From an uncultured cyanobacterium (GTDB taxonomy: Bacteria; Cyanobacteriota; Cyanobacteriia; Cyanobacteriales; Cyanobacteriaceae): a DNA stretch of 64,000 nt. A program made the position numbers and the translations under genes. Under the pieces are notes generated by a model, which worked only from the letters and a program-made list of their open reading frames with translations, was not told where the DNA came from and ran no database searches. Where the stretch lies: NCBI GenBank assembly GCA_963749915.1, contig CAVVOP010000019.1:1-64000 (forward strand), written 5' to 3'. This document shows positions 52,825 to 64,000 of this stretch, in pieces (the stretch's first letter is position 1; each line of letters begins with the position of its first letter).

Positions 52825-54342
52825 TCATTGTTCATTATCATTATTCTCATCACTATCATTATCATCGTTCATTTGATTACTGGGCATCGCCACCACAATG
52901 GCATCAATAACTTTTCCTACGGCGATGACTTCTAAGCCTATATCAGGAGGATATGTTTGACCTTTCGGCACGATCGCCCGTTTAAAGCCTAATTTCGCAG
53001 CCTCTTTTAATCTTAGCTCCATTTGCGACACTAAACGCACTTGTCCTCCTAATCCTATTTCCCCAATTAGTACTGTACGAGGATCAACTATTCGATCTCG
53101 AAAACTGGCGACAATGGCGATGGCCATACCTAAATCCGCTGCCGGTTCTTCTACTGCCAAGCCTCCCGCCGAGGCCACATAAGCATCTAATTTGGACAAG
53201 GGAATGCCAACTCTTTTTTCTAATACCGCTAAAATTTGTTGTAATCTATTGTAATCTACCCCGGTGGTAGAGCGACGAGGTGAAGTATAACTGGTAGGAC
53301 TAACTAAGGCTTGTAACTCAACCACAAGGGATCTCGTTCCCTCACAGGAGACAATGGTAGCCGTACCCGGAGCAAGTTCATCTCGACTACTTAAAAATAA
53401 CTCAGAAGGGTTAGAAACTTCATCTAAACCGTGATCTACCATTTCAAAGATCCCGATTTCGTGGGTAGCACCAAAACGATTTTTAACAGATCTTAACAAA
53501 CGATGGGAAGCATATCGATCCCCTTCAAAGTATAAGACCGTATCCACTAAATGTTCTAATACCCTTGGCCCGGCGATGGCACCTTCTTTGGTAACATGAC
53601 CAACAATAAAAAGAGTAATATTTTCCCGTTTTGCCACCTGCATCAATGCCGAAGTACACTCTCTTACTTGCGAAACTGAACCCGGAGCAGAATTAAGAGT
53701 GGCAAAATGAAGAGTTTGAATACTATCGATAATAGCAACTTGGGGTTTAAGAGACTCTAACTCTCGTAAAATTTCTTCTAGATCCGTTTCAGCCAAAATA
53801 TAAAGATTAGGTTCAAACACGGCAGGATCTTGACTACCATTATTAGAACCATTATTAGGATCAGGATCATCTTTTATGACCCCAATCCCTAAACGAAATG
53901 CCCTTAATTTGATCTGTTGTCCTGATTCTTCCGCCGATACGTAGAGAATGCGGGGGAAACGAAGGGATAATTGGTTAGCCGTTTGTAACAATAAAGTGGA
54001 TTTACCGATGCCCGGATCTCCCCCAATTAGGACTAAAGAACCTGGAACAATTCCACCGCCTAAAACCCTGTCTAATTCTTGATAACCAGAATTCATGCGC
54101 GGTTGTTCTTCTTCGGTTATGTCAGAAAATTTTACAGATATTCTTGGTTGTGCAGGAGTTGGTTTTTTATTCTGATTACGACTTTGAGATTGCCAACTAG
54201 TACGAGGATTACTGTTACTATTAGGGTTGAGAATTTCCTCTTCTAAAGTACCGTAAACATTACAACCAGGACACTTACCAAACCACTGGGAAGATTCTGT
54301 ACCACAAGAGTTACAGATATAAACGGTTCTGGTTTTTGCCAT
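52825..54342 (-). CDS. radA: DNA repair protein RadA/Sms
   Basis: C4 zinc finger, GDPGIGKST, KNRFG. Confidence 0.97.
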   Translation of the reverse strand: MAKTRTVYICNSCGTESSQWFGKCPGCNVYGTLEEEILNPNSNSNPRTSWQSQSRNQNKKPTPAQPRISVKFSDITEEEQPRMNSGYQELDRVLGGGIVPGSLVLIGGDPGIGKSTLLLQTANQLSLRFPRILYVSAEESGQQIKLRAFRLGIGVIKDDPDPNNGSNNGSQDPAVFEPNLYILAETDLEEILRELESLKPQVAIIDSIQTLHFATLNSAPGSVSQVRECTSALMQVAKRENITLFIVGHVTKEGAIAGPRVLEHLVDTVLYFEGDRYASHRLLRSVKNRFGATHEIGIFEMVDHGLDEVSNPSELFLSSRDELAPGTATIVSCEGTRSLVVELQALVSPTSYTSPRRSTTGVDYNRLQQILAVLEKRVGIPLSKLDAYVASAGGLAVEEPAADLGMAIAIVASFRDRIVDPRTVLIGEIGLGGQVRLVSQMELRLKEAAKLGFKRAIVPKGQTYPPDIGLEVIAVGKVIDAIVVAMPSNQMNDDNDSDENNDNEQ

Positions 54343-54437
54343 AATATCCTGTGTCCTCTTGTTCGGTTCTCATATCACAATCCTATCAAAAAAAATTCCC
54401 TCCACACTAAATAGTAATAACAATTATTGTCGATTTT

Positions 54438-55250
54438 TTAACCGAATTTCCCGCTTACATAATCTCTAGTAGATTGTTCTTGGGGATTACTAAAGATTTT
54501 GTCCGTTTCGTCAAACTCTACTAAATAACCAATTTTGCTACCTTTACCCACCGCTTCAGCATTAAAAAAGGCAGTCATATCGGCAACTCTAGTGGCTTGT
54601 TGCATATTATGGGTAACAATGACAATAGTATAATTTTCCTTTAATTCATGCATTAATTCTTCTATTTTCAAGGTAGAAATGGGATCAAGTGCAGAACAAG
54701 GCTCATCCATTAATACCACTTCTGGTTGGGCGGCGATGGTTCTGGCGATACATAATCGTTGTTGTTGTCCACCAGATAAAGAAAAACCACTTTCTCCCAA
54801 CTTGTCTTTAACCTCATCCCACAAAGCCGCACGACGCAAGGAAGTTTCTACTAACTCGTCTAAACTCCCTTTATAGCCGTTAACTCTTGCACCATAAACA
54901 ACATTATCATAAATGGTTTTGGGGAAAGGATTAGGTCTTTGAAACACCATGCCGATTCTTTTTCTTACCTCCACAGGATCAATATCTTTAGCGTAGAGAT
55001 CTTGTCCTCGGTAAGTAACTCTTCCTTTGAGTTTAAAAGAAGTAATTAAGTCATTTAAACGGTTTAAACATCTTAAAATAGTACTTTTACCGCATCCCGA
55101 AGGACCAATCAAAGCGGTTATTTTATTTTTGGGAATATCGAGATTTACTTCTTTGACTGCTTTATGACTGCCATAGAAAATATCTACATCAATTAATTCC
55201 ATGACCGATTCCTCTAAAAATTCGTCCTGATTCGTCATTGATTCTTGCAT
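54438..55250 (-). CDS. pstB: Phosphate ABC transporter ATPase
   Basis: [31 protein letters not shown]. Confidence 0.97.
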   Translation of the reverse strand: MQESMTNQDEFLEESVMELIDVDIFYGSHKAVKEVNLDIPKNKITALIGPSGCGKSTILRCLNRLNDLITSFKLKGRVTYRGQDLYAKDIDPVEVRKRIGMVFQRPNPFPKTIYDNVVYGARVNGYKGSLDELVETSLRRAALWDEVKDKLGESGFSLSGGQQQRLCIARTIAAQPEVVLMDEPCSALDPISTLKIEELMHELKENYTIVIVTHNMQQATRVADMTAFFNAEAVGKGSKIGYLVEFDETDKIFSNPQEQSTRDYVSGKFG

Positions 55251-55276
55251 TTTTTTTTCTCCTTTTCTATTTCCTT

Positions 55277-56161
55277 TTAATAAACTTTTCTACGGGTAGC
55301 TAAACGAGCGGTAATACTAGTAATTAAGACTAAAAGGACCAGAATTAAAGAACCTGCCCAGGCTAACTGTTGTTGTGGTTCAAAGGGTAAAATCGCAAAG
55401 TTATAAACTAATACGGACAAAGTAGCGATGGGTTCTGTTAATCCCTGGGGTGATACATTAGGCCAAAAGTTAGAGAATAAAGCTGTAAAGATTAAGGGGG
55501 CCGTTTCTCCCGCAGCCCTGGCTATGGCTAATGTAATCCCTGTAATAATACCGGGTAAAGCCGCAGGAAGGACGATTTTTAACACCGTTTGATAGTTATA
55601 AGCACCAACGGCTAAGGCCGCCCAACGAATTTCCTGGGGGACAATTTTTAAAGCCTCATCAGTGGTACGAATAATAGTCGGTAACATCAATACCGCTAAA
55701 GCCACACCTCCAGCGATGGCGGAAAAACCGACAACACCACTAGATACTAATAAACCAAAAGCAAAAATCCCAGCGATAATAGAAGGAACGCCACTGAGGA
55801 CGTTAGTAGCGAATCGTATACCCGTAGCAAACTTATTCCCTTGACTGAATTCGGAGAGATACACTGCCGCAAAAACGCCAATGGGTACAGCGAATATCAC
55901 AGCAATTCCAACGACGACAAGAGTTCCGATAATGGCATTAGCTAAACCCCCCCCACTTAAACCCGGAGGAGGGGGTAACTGAGTAAACAAATTAAGGTTG
56001 AGACGGCTAAAACCCTGTACAAATACGTAGAAAATTACTGCTATTAAAGGGATTAAAGTTATGATCATACATAGGCCACTTAATCCTGTCATTGCTGATC
56101 CCAGAATCACTCTAGGGCTAGAGGATTTCTTTTTTAAACTACCAAGAGTAGAAATAGTCAT
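55277..56161 (-). CDS. pstA: Phosphate ABC permease
   Basis: [18 protein letters not shown]. Confidence 0.96.
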   Translation of the reverse strand: MTISTLGSLKKKSSSPRVILGSAMTGLSGLCMIITLIPLIAVIFYVFVQGFSRLNLNLFTQLPPPPGLSGGGLANAIIGTLVVVGIAVIFAVPIGVFAAVYLSEFSQGNKFATGIRFATNVLSGVPSIIAGIFAFGLLVSSGVVGFSAIAGGVALAVLMLPTIIRTTDEALKIVPQEIRWAALAVGAYNYQTVLKIVLPAALPGIITGITLAIARAAGETAPLIFTALFSNFWPNVSPQGLTEPIATLSVLVYNFAILPFEPQQQLAWAGSLILVLLVLITSITARLATRRKVY

Positions 56162-56234
56162 ACAATTAAAATAAACAAAATAAATATACTTTGATTAAAA
56201 AGAACTTAATGGAGGTGAACAAATGAAACAACGG

Positions 56235-57197
56235 TTATTCATACTTCGCTTTAACCTGACTAACGATATATTCCGCAATGATATTGACAATCAAGGTTAA
56301 AAGCATTAACACTAAACCGGCGTACATTAAAGCCGATATTTGTAGTCCACTGGCTTCCGCAAATTGGTTGGCAATCAGAGAGGCGATGGTATTGGCAGGA
56401 GCTAAAATAGAGACACTTAAACGATTGGAGTTACCGATAATCATAGTTGCAGCCATGGTTTCACCCATTGCCCGACCTAACGCTAACATGATACCTCCCA
56501 TAATACCAGAAATCGCTGCTGGAATTAAAACTCTAAAAATGGTTTCCCAACGGGTTGCACCTAATCCTAAAGAGGCTTGACGTAAATCGGGGGGTAGGGA
56601 GGCTAAGGAATCTCTGGAAATAGCAATAATAATCGGTAAAATCATGATCGATAAGATTACCCCCGCCGGTAACATTCCTGGACCCGCCGGTTCAGTACTA
56701 AAGAGAGGAAACCAACCAAAATGAAGATGAAGCCAGTGACCAAAAGCTGTAGTAATGGGTATCAACACGAAAATCCCCCATAAACCATAAACTACACTGG
56801 GGATAGCCGCTAATAATTCCACCAAAAAAACCAACACAGTGCGAATTTGTTCGGGAATAAAATCTTCGCTCAAAAAAACCGCCGTCCCCACTCCTAAAGG
56901 AATAGCAATGACCAAAGAAATTAAGGAACTAACAATTGTGCCGTAAATTACTGGTACTACACCGTATTCATTGGTAACGGGATTCCAGTTACTATTAGTA
57001 AAAAAACCAAAATTAAATTCGACCATGGCGGGATAAGCACTCACGGCAATAATAAGGGCTATACTAACCAAAATTAGACCAATGCTAAGGGCCAAGGCGA
57101 AAGTTAACCATTTAAAACCCCCATCGAAGGTTTTTTCCAGAGGGGATCTTTCTCCCCTGGTCCGATTATTAATACTGGAAGAGTCGTAATGTGTCAT
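56235..57197 (-). CDS. pstC: Phosphate ABC permease
   Basis: AAIPSVVYGLWG, GRAMGETMA. Confidence 0.96.
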   Translation of the reverse strand: MTHYDSSSINNRTRGERSPLEKTFDGGFKWLTFALALSIGLILVSIALIIAVSAYPAMVEFNFGFFTNSNWNPVTNEYGVVPVIYGTIVSSLISLVIAIPLGVGTAVFLSEDFIPEQIRTVLVFLVELLAAIPSVVYGLWGIFVLIPITTAFGHWLHLHFGWFPLFSTEPAGPGMLPAGVILSIMILPIIIAISRDSLASLPPDLRQASLGLGATRWETIFRVLIPAAISGIMGGIMLALGRAMGETMAATMIIGNSNRLSVSILAPANTIASLIANQFAEASGLQISALMYAGLVLMLLTLIVNIIAEYIVSQVKAKYE

Positions 57198-57277
57198 CTT
57201 ACTTTTAATTATATTTCTATTAGCACCAACACAATTAGGAAAATTATTACTTTTACTTTGTATAACCTAGATGATGA

Positions 57278-57296
57278 AGGTTAAATTTTAGTTAAC
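57278..57296 (-). promoter_or_regulatory. Pho box-like site upstream of pstC
   Basis: On the minus strand GTTAACTA-AAA-TTTAACCT, 11-bp period, matching the cyanobacterial PyTTAAPyPy(T/A) consensus. Confidence 0.55.
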
Positions 57297-57351
57297 ATTA
57301 ATGGCGAAATCCTGACTAAATGGGATTAGTTGGGGAGGAGGGGGAAGCTTT

Positions 57352-57565
57352 CGGGTGTAGGTTTTTAACATTTGGGCGAAGGTGAGACTTGGAAGAGGGG
57401 GAAGATGGGGAAGATTCCTCAACCAAAGAATAGGCTTTTCACTCCCTTGTCTACTTTCCTTCCTCTCTTGGTCAGCATTCCCTTGCGACTGTCGTCGTCG
57501 CGGGGTCTGACCGCTTGTCCTCCTTGTCTTGCCAACACCTAATTATAAAAAACCCACCCTTGTAA
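57352..57565. repeat. Palindromic MITE-like element, copy 2
   Basis: GGTGTAGGTTTTTAACATTTGGG ... TAAAAAACCCACCCTTGT, related to 19174-19429. Confidence 0.55.
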
Positions 57566-57621
57566 GGCTAACCCTCCTCCTGCGCGGATGCCTTCTGCCT
57601 CGCCCGAAGGGCAGTTAAATT

Positions 57622-58755
57622 CTAGTTAACATTAATGGTGAAATCCGGACTAATTTCATCAGCCACTTTTGCCACTTTTTCCACCACTTTGCGTGGTAAA
57701 GGAATATAACCTAAGGTTGGGGCGGCTTTTTGTCCATCGGTTAAAGCGTATTGAATAGTCGCTTCCATGGCGATCGCTTTATTAGGATCATCATATTTGC
57801 CATAGGCCAAAATCCAACTATAAGTGACAATAGGGTAAGATTCTTCTCCTTCAGGATCGGTAATAAAAGCACGTAAATTTTCCGGTAACTCAACGTTAGC
57901 TAAAGTTGCCGAAGCCGACTCGTCAGTGGGGGGAACAAATTGACCGGCCTTATTCTCAATCGCCGCTATGGGAATCTTATTGTTTTTAGCATAACCATAC
58001 TCAACATAACCAATGGAGCCTTCATTTTGCATAATAGTAGCAGTGACACCCTCATTACCTTTACTTCCTAGGAATTTGCCGCCATCAGGGCCCCACTGGA
58101 CAGTTTTTCCTTCTCCTACCTTATTTTTCCAGTCTTCACTAATGGCACTTAAATGTTTTGTAAGGAATCCAGTAGTACCACTTCCATCAGAGCGATGTAC
58201 AAAAGTAATGGACTCATCCGGTAAAGTTAAATCAGGGTTATCCGCCACAATTTTCGGATCATTCCAACGACTGATCTTTCCTAAAGCAATATCCACATAA
58301 GTTTCTCTACTTAATTTTAAACCTTCCACACCGGGTAAATTATAAGCAAAAACGATCGCCCCTGCTGTCACAGGTAAAAGCAGAGTTCCTCTACTTACTT
58401 TTGCCATTTCTTCATCCTTCATAGCTACATCACTAGCACCAAAATCTACAGTCCCAAGGGTAAACTGTTCAACCCCTGCACCACTACCAACGGACTGATA
58501 GTTAACTTGTAACTTAGGTACTTGTTGATTCAAACCTTGAAACCAGTTTTGAAATAAGGCGGCGGGAAAAGTTGCCCCCGCACCAGTTAAACTAACAGTA
58601 TTCTCAAAAGGAACACTAATGGATGGAGTTTTTTCCTGTCCTTCTTTTTCCCCAGTGGCAGTTTCACCACCACCACCGCCACAGGCCGTTAAATTTAAGG
58701 CAAAAGCTAAGACTAATAAAGAGCCCATTAATTTATTCTTTGTTTTAAGCATCAT
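57622..58755 (-). CDS. pstS: Phosphate ABC substrate-binding lipoprotein
   Basis: Lipobox LTAC, GAGATFP, GSGAG, RSDGSGTT. Confidence 0.96.
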   Translation of the reverse strand: MMLKTKNKLMGSLLVLAFALNLTACGGGGGETATGEKEGQEKTPSISVPFENTVSLTGAGATFPAALFQNWFQGLNQQVPKLQVNYQSVGSGAGVEQFTLGTVDFGASDVAMKDEEMAKVSRGTLLLPVTAGAIVFAYNLPGVEGLKLSRETYVDIALGKISRWNDPKIVADNPDLTLPDESITFVHRSDGSGTTGFLTKHLSAISEDWKNKVGEGKTVQWGPDGGKFLGSKGNEGVTATIMQNEGSIGYVEYGYAKNNKIPIAAIENKAGQFVPPTDESASATLANVELPENLRAFITDPEGEESYPIVTYSWILAYGKYDDPNKAIAMEATIQYALTDGQKAAPTLGYIPLPRKVVEKVAKVADEISPDFTINVN

Positions 58756-58821
58756 GTTTTACCAATTTTTTTACCTTTAAACTATTTCGGTTTTAATAAT
58801 AGTATGAAGAGGACTTTTTTT

Positions 58822-58840
58822 AGGTAAAGAAAAGGTTAAG
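58822..58840 (-). promoter_or_regulatory. Pho box (SphR site) upstream of pstS
   Basis: Minus strand CTTAACCT-TTT-CTTTACCT. Confidence 0.8.
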
Positions 58841-58937
58841 AGATTAAATTTTTGTAAAAATAAAGATTCTTTCTCTCAAATATTGTAGGATCATAAATTA
58901 GATAACGTTGGTATTTTTTTGGGGAGAAAAATAAGCC

Positions 58938-58956
58938 AGGTTAAGGATAAGTTAAG
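58938..58956 (-). promoter_or_regulatory. Second Pho box
   Basis: Minus strand CTTAACTT-ATC-CTTAACCT. Confidence 0.75.
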
Positions 58957-59106
58957 CATTTTTATTTTTAACGCTTTTCTACTTCCAATTTACAGAAAAT
59001 GTAAATAATGTCAATTCAGGTCCAGGGAAAAACCCTATAATGTCCTTGATAAAAAAAAAGATTTTATATCAAAATGTTTTCATATCAAAATATTTATTAA
59101 CAATTT

Positions 59107-60150
59107 ATGCTTAACAATCAGTCATTGTTTCCGGGGAAGATAGTTTTTCCTGCTGTCATCTTATCTGCTATATTATCAGCTTGTGGCGGCATAAAATCCC
59201 AAGAACAAAAAAATATAGTAGTAGATGGTTCAAGTACTGTTTATCCCATCACTAATTTAATTGTCGAAAAATTTAATGCTTTAGAGAAACAAGCCATCAA
59301 TGTAGAATCGGATTTTTCTGGATCAATTGGCGGATTTAGAAAATTTTGTGAGGGCAAAACTGATATCAATAATGCTTCCGTACCCATTCCTAAACTTTTC
59401 ATGGATAAGTGTAGGGAAAATGGTATCGCCTATATAGAATTGCCTATTGCCCTTGATGCTTTAACGGTAGTAATTAATCCTACTAATAATTGGGCAAAAA
59501 CCATCACCACAGAAGAATTAAAAACCATGTGGCAACCATCGGCGGAAAAGAAGATTGTCCGTTGGAATCAAGTTAATAGTCAATGGGCAGATAAACCCCT
59601 TAATTTATTTGGACCTGGTAAAGATTCTGGCACTTTTGAATACTTTACTACCGCTATTATAGGAGAAAGAGCTAGTCGCAGTGATTATGTTTATAGTGAA
59701 GATGACGAAGCATTGGTTAATGGTGTAATACAAGATCCTAATTCTCTCGGTTATTTCGGTTATGCTTATTATGTAGAACACAAGGACAAGTTACAACCAG
59801 TGGCGATCGATAATGGTAACGGAGGAATTTTGCCTTCCGATGAAACCATCACTAAAAATACCTATCGTCCATTAACCCGTCCGTTATTCATCTATGTCAA
59901 CGCCAAAAAAGCACAGGAAAATGAAGCCTTAGTAGATTTTGTTGATTTTTATCTAAAGAATGCTTCCGCAGTAGTTCATCAAGTAGGATATTTACCTCTC
60001 CCAGATTCTGCCTATAAGGTCGCACTTATTCATTTTAATAAAAACCAAGTGGGTACAGTGTTTAATGGTGTACCTGTCCTCAATGTCACCATCGATGAAC
60101 TATTAACTAGAAGCTATGCCTCTGAAAAGGAAGAAGGTTATGTCTTTTAA
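59107..60150 (+). CDS. Second PstS-family phosphate-binding lipoprotein
   Basis: Lipobox [32 protein letters not shown]. Confidence 0.9.
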   Translation: MLNNQSLFPGKIVFPAVILSAILSACGGIKSQEQKNIVVDGSSTVYPITNLIVEKFNALEKQAINVESDFSGSIGGFRKFCEGKTDINNASVPIPKLFMDKCRENGIAYIELPIALDALTVVINPTNNWAKTITTEELKTMWQPSAEKKIVRWNQVNSQWADKPLNLFGPGKDSGTFEYFTTAIIGERASRSDYVYSEDDEALVNGVIQDPNSLGYFGYAYYVEHKDKLQPVAIDNGNGGILPSDETITKNTYRPLTRPLFIYVNAKKAQENEALVDFVDFYLKNASAVVHQVGYLPLPDSAYKVALIHFNKNQVGTVFNGVPVLNVTIDELLTRSYASEKEEGYVF

Positions 60151-60189
60151 AACTGTGTCTGTTCTTAGAACCAGATGCGGAAGAGCAAA

Positions 60190-60390
60190 TATTAAGAGGA
60201 AATAGAGACATCAATTCTTCAATCTGTTTTTGGAAAAAGGAAATTCCATCTAGAAAATTTAGAGCATTTAAGCCAATGGAAAAATTACTATGTCTTTTAT
60301 GGCTTCTTCCTTTTTCTTGGGGGCGGACTACATATTCACTTATTCCTTTCCTTTTTATTTTTTCTCCTATAAATGTTGAATAACTATAGG
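60190..60390 (-). pseudogene. IS4-family transposase C-terminal fragment
   Basis: [25 protein letters not shown], fused in frame to the neighbouring fragment. Confidence 0.55.
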
Positions 60391-60601
60391 CTAAACGTCC
60401 AACAATGATCAAATGAGTTTCTAATTCTTTAAGTGAACCATTGGCAATCGAGAGGTGACGAATATAATCACCTAAATAATTTCTGCCCTTTCCTTCTGCG
60501 ATGTTGCTCCGAATTGAAACTGCCGCTCTTTGTATTTGACTAGTTAATCCATAAATTTCAGTTTTGGGAAGTTTGGAAGTTAGTTGATAACATCTCACTA
60601 C
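60391..60601 (-). pseudogene. Four-helix-bundle (23S rRNA IVS-type) protein fragment
   Basis: [37 protein letters not shown]; both ends replaced by IS DNA. Confidence 0.8.
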
Positions 60602-61131
60602 CAGGAGAATCGCATACAAAACTTTACAAATTGGCTAAAGAGCGAAAAATTATGCCCGAGCAAGATTTTGGGGAAATAGTATCTATGCTCGAATAGTTTA
60701 TACGATATTATCGTGACTAATCAAAGTTTTATTGACTATCAAGCGCTCGCTCTCCTGCGCTGCTTCGCAGATCGCACAACACCAGCCTTCGGTGAGTACT
60801 CGCCATAGATATAGTTTTACTGAAACCAGAGGCTCCAATTTTTCAACCGAAATGTCAAAGGCAACTAAGTACAGTTTCCAAATAGCGATTATCCCAACCT
60901 GCTTTCAGTCGCTTGTTCTCAATACCAACCTTGGTCGTCTTTTCTTGAGACAAAAGATTCACTCCCATGTGACGAATGACAGCCATATTTTCGGCACTAT
61001 ATCCCTGGCATCCCCGCCGAGCGTCCTCCTTGAAGCTCACATCCAAAACCCCATGTAATTGATTTTCAATACTCCAATGATGTCTAACCGCTTCGGCAAA
61101 ACGTTTCACATCACATTCAAAACTGAGAAGG
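60602..61131 (-). mobile_element. ISAs1-family remnant (transposase 3' end plus terminus)
   Basis: [22 protein letters not shown]; end CAGGAGAATCGCAT at 60602. Confidence 0.75.
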
Positions 61132-61132
61132 T

Positions 61133-62359
61133 CAGTAGATCGAAATAAAAATTTTACTGATTTTAGATTTCATTGTGTCTTACCTACTGATATAATATTT
61201 ACTTATATTATTTTTAGTTTGATATTGTTGGTATATAAACATTGGTTTCTACCTGAAAAATTCTTTCTATTGTGTGGTTGAGAAAAGATAACATTTGTTT
61301 TAAAGAAAATATTTTATTATAGACTAATCTTCCTCCTTTTCTTGGCTTACTTACTTTTTTCCATAATATTTTTACCCATATATTAACTAATAAAAATGAT
61401 ATTCCTACAAATAATAATCTCCAAACTGGTTTTTTTGTTGTCGTTCTAATTCTACAAACATTTTTCATTCTATAACTACTTTCAATACCAAATCTTTTTC
61501 GGTAACAAGAATGAATTTGCTCTATATTTATCTTAATCTTATTTATTACATAGATATAGTATTCTCTTCCTTTTTTTCCTCTTCTAATAGCAGGAATAAT
61601 GAAGGGTATTTCTAATGCTTGTAACCATCTAATTATTGATATGCTGAAAAATTCTCTATCCAAATATAATTTTTCTATCTTTATATTTAAACTCGATAAT
61701 TCTGATAACAAATGAGTTAAGATACAAACCTTCGTTTCTTTCACTCGAATCGCTCTAATTCCTAAAGTTACTCTTTTATTTTTTTTAATCGTATATATCG
61801 TTGCATATCCATAAAAAGAACAAGTTCCATTTTTTGCTTGACTTCTACAAATATAAGGTTTTTCTTCTTGATTGGGTTCCCCATAATAACCAATCAAATT
61901 AAAATCAACTGCTACATTTAAACAATTATTTTTTAATCCAGAAGGAATTTGATTTTTTAATGCTGTATTAATTTCTTTTTCTAATTTTAAGAAATCAGAT
62001 ATTTTTTTGAGATGAAATCGAATATTATTTCCACAAGTTGCTAATTTTAATTCTTTAGAAGAATTTTCTATAGTATTTTGGGTCGAAGCGGCTCTTACTA
62101 AAACCAGAAATAAATCATTATTTTTCCTTTTACCATGGTCGTTTAAAGAAATATTTTCATTGAGACAATCTACTACTTGTGTTAAGGTTTCTTGATCAGT
62201 TAAAACCAGTTTTTCTTGTTGATTATTATATTTTTGCTTCATGGGATAAAAAATATAAATTTTAATTATACTATTTCTTCATTATCCTCTAAAATAGAAC
62301 CCTTTACTTAGTACTTATGTCCCAATAATCTCTTTATTTTTTTTCCTTTCGATCTACTG
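61133..62359 (-). mobile_element. ISH3-family element; transposase 61214..62242 probably has an internal deletion
   Basis: TIRs CAGTAGATCGAAA at both ends; YLDREF and YRKRFGIESSYR motifs; no TSD. Confidence 0.8.
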
Positions 62360-62369
62360 AATGTGTTTT

Positions 62370-62717
62370 TGGGGTTATGTCTGTTAGTCTATTCTTTGGG
62401 GCAAAGAGAAGTGCGTCGCTTATTAGAGGAGAGAAAAACGGGGATAAAAAATCAGCTAGGAAAACTAACGGAACGTCCAACGTTAAGATGGATATTTCAA
62501 TGTTTTCAGGGGATTCATTTAGTAATAAATCAAGGAATAAAACAGATAGTAAATCTAACAAATGAACGAAAACTAATTTTAAGTTTTTTCCCGATTTCTT
62601 GTCATAATTATTATATTTTATCTGGATAACTTATGGGATTTAAGAGTCTAAACATTCTCAATTATAATATCATAAATAAAGAATAGAAAACTGATAGATT
62701 TGCTCTGTTTATTTATT
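62370..62717 (+). mobile_element. IS1634 3' fragment
   Basis: Near-identical to 13299-13646. Confidence 0.9.
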
Positions 62718-64000
62718 AGAACTCTTGCAAAAATAAAATGAATATGATTATCCTAATTGTAATGGGCGATCGCCAAAAACAAAAATCGTCAAAATTAGTT
62801 GAATCAGGACTTAAGGCATAAAAAATACTTATGTTATTCTCAAAAATCAAGAAAAAATAATTATTAATAGAAAAAAAATCAGAAATTAACCATAATAATT
62901 ATCGGAAACTTTCAGATAGTTAAATAGATTTTGTTTGGAGTTCATAATTATAAATGCCAGCAATTAAATTAAATCTTAAACCGAACCTTTTTCTTCAGCC
63001 GTTAGTTTTTTATTTTTTGTCTTCTTTTTGGGGATATCAGTTAATTTATCCCACATTCCGCATGTTCTTTTAGAAAACAATCATATTTTAATGACTTTTA
63101 CGCAACTTTACTATAGGTAATACATATATTTATTGTTTTTTGCGAGCAGCTTCGCTGTGCCTTTGGCATCGCATAGTGACAATTGGCGTGCAGCTGTGCC
63201 TTTGGCATCGCCATATACAGATTTTTACAGTATTTATATTTGTTTAATCTCAATTTCGTTGTTTTATTACTTGGGGAATATTTTGTAAACAAGGCGTTAA
63301 GGTATTACATGGCATAGTGCAAATTGACGTGCGGAATGTGGGATTTATGTATTTTCTGTATTCCTTGATAGCCTTTATCTACTAAACATTTTATTTTTTG
63401 ACTTAATGGCAATTTACTTTTCTTAAATATTTTAAAATCGTGTTCTTTTCCTAGTCCATTTACATAACAAATTATTTCCAAACTTATTTGATTTACAACT
63501 AATTGTGATTTTAAAGTATGTTGTTTCTTTTTGCCACTATAGTATCTTTTTTGACCTTTTACCGGTCTCTCTATTGGACTTTCTGTTACATCAATCAGAA
63601 TGACTTTAATCCCACTTTCAAGTTTCATTAATTCCTTTTTTCCTGGTAGAGAAAAATAACCTGAATTTAGGAAAATTTTTTCGATTTTATGAACAATTCG
63701 ACAAACAGTTGATTCGGAAATATTCCAATCTTCAGATATATGAAAATAAGTTCTATACTCTCTTAAGTATTGTAATGTGACCAAAACTTGTTCTTCAAGG
63801 ATTAATTTAGGTTTTCTTCCTTTTTTTTCTTTTTTTCTTTTTTGACTATTTCTACTAATAAATCATAGGTTTTTTTAGTTACTCCAAACCTTCTCTTAAA
63901 CTTTTTTGGTGGTAATTTTTCTATTTTTTTTAATTTCATAAGCAAATCTTATACTTTTCTAGTAAGCGATCGCTTACATTAACAAATTTTGACACTTAAT
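62718..64000 (-). mobile_element. IS5-family (ISL2/IS702-like) element, broken and interrupted by a MITE; continues beyond the window
   Basis: LREYRTYFHI, IDVTESPIERP, YYSGKKKQHTLK, DKGYQG; the frame resumes left of the MITE as LTDIPKKK..RFGLRFNLIAGIYNYE. Confidence 0.8.
63050..63342. mobile_element. IS1634-derived MITE, 293 bp
   Basis: TIRs CCCACATTCCGCA; 6-bp TSD ATTTAT at 63044-63049 and 63343-63348. Confidence 0.9.

Noticed and set aside
31795..58300. Short antisense or alternate-frame ORFs overlapping long genes in the ORF track
   Set aside because: Shadow ORFs of well-supported genes with no independent motifs.
60391..60601. Four-helix-bundle gene as the Avd of a diversity-generating retroelement
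   Set aside because: No reverse transcriptase and no TR/VR pair with adenine-specific mismatches; the gene is a truncated fragment.

Overview
Chromosomal window from a low-GC unicellular cyanobacterium. Evidence: HIP1 GCGATCGC sites, psbA, a SigF-type pilA1 locus and SphR Pho boxes; a Geminocystis/Cyanobacterium-like assignment is my inference. Three zones. (1) About 1-13.9 kb is a decaying accessory island: five broken genes, two inverted ISKra4-family copies, an IS4 nested in an IS701-like element, and plasmid-like relics (rep-like HTH gene with 20-bp repeats, parA stub, two intact toxin-antitoxin pairs and a PIN remnant), ending in a truncated IS1634. (2) About 14-60 kb is mostly intact core genes: lgt, three type IV pilins, ilvE, psbA, RND/PadR, oxoprolinase, dxs, menD, radA and pstSCAB plus a second pstS. 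It is interrupted by compositionally foreign genes (UPF0182, P450, K+ channel) and many MITEs and heptamer repeats. (3) About 60.2-64 kb is a stack of IS remnants. Best candidates for something undescribed: a transposase-less IS4-type cassette with a target-site duplication carrying a cytochrome P450 (22426-24221); an XRE regulator divergent from two paralogous coiled-coil genes with three TTGA-N8-TCAA operators (28871-31541); and two orphan psbA pieces (a terminator copy at 2391 and an antisense-oriented coding fragment at 18915). No CRISPR array, tRNA or rRNA was seen. All family calls are from recognition by eye, not database searches.
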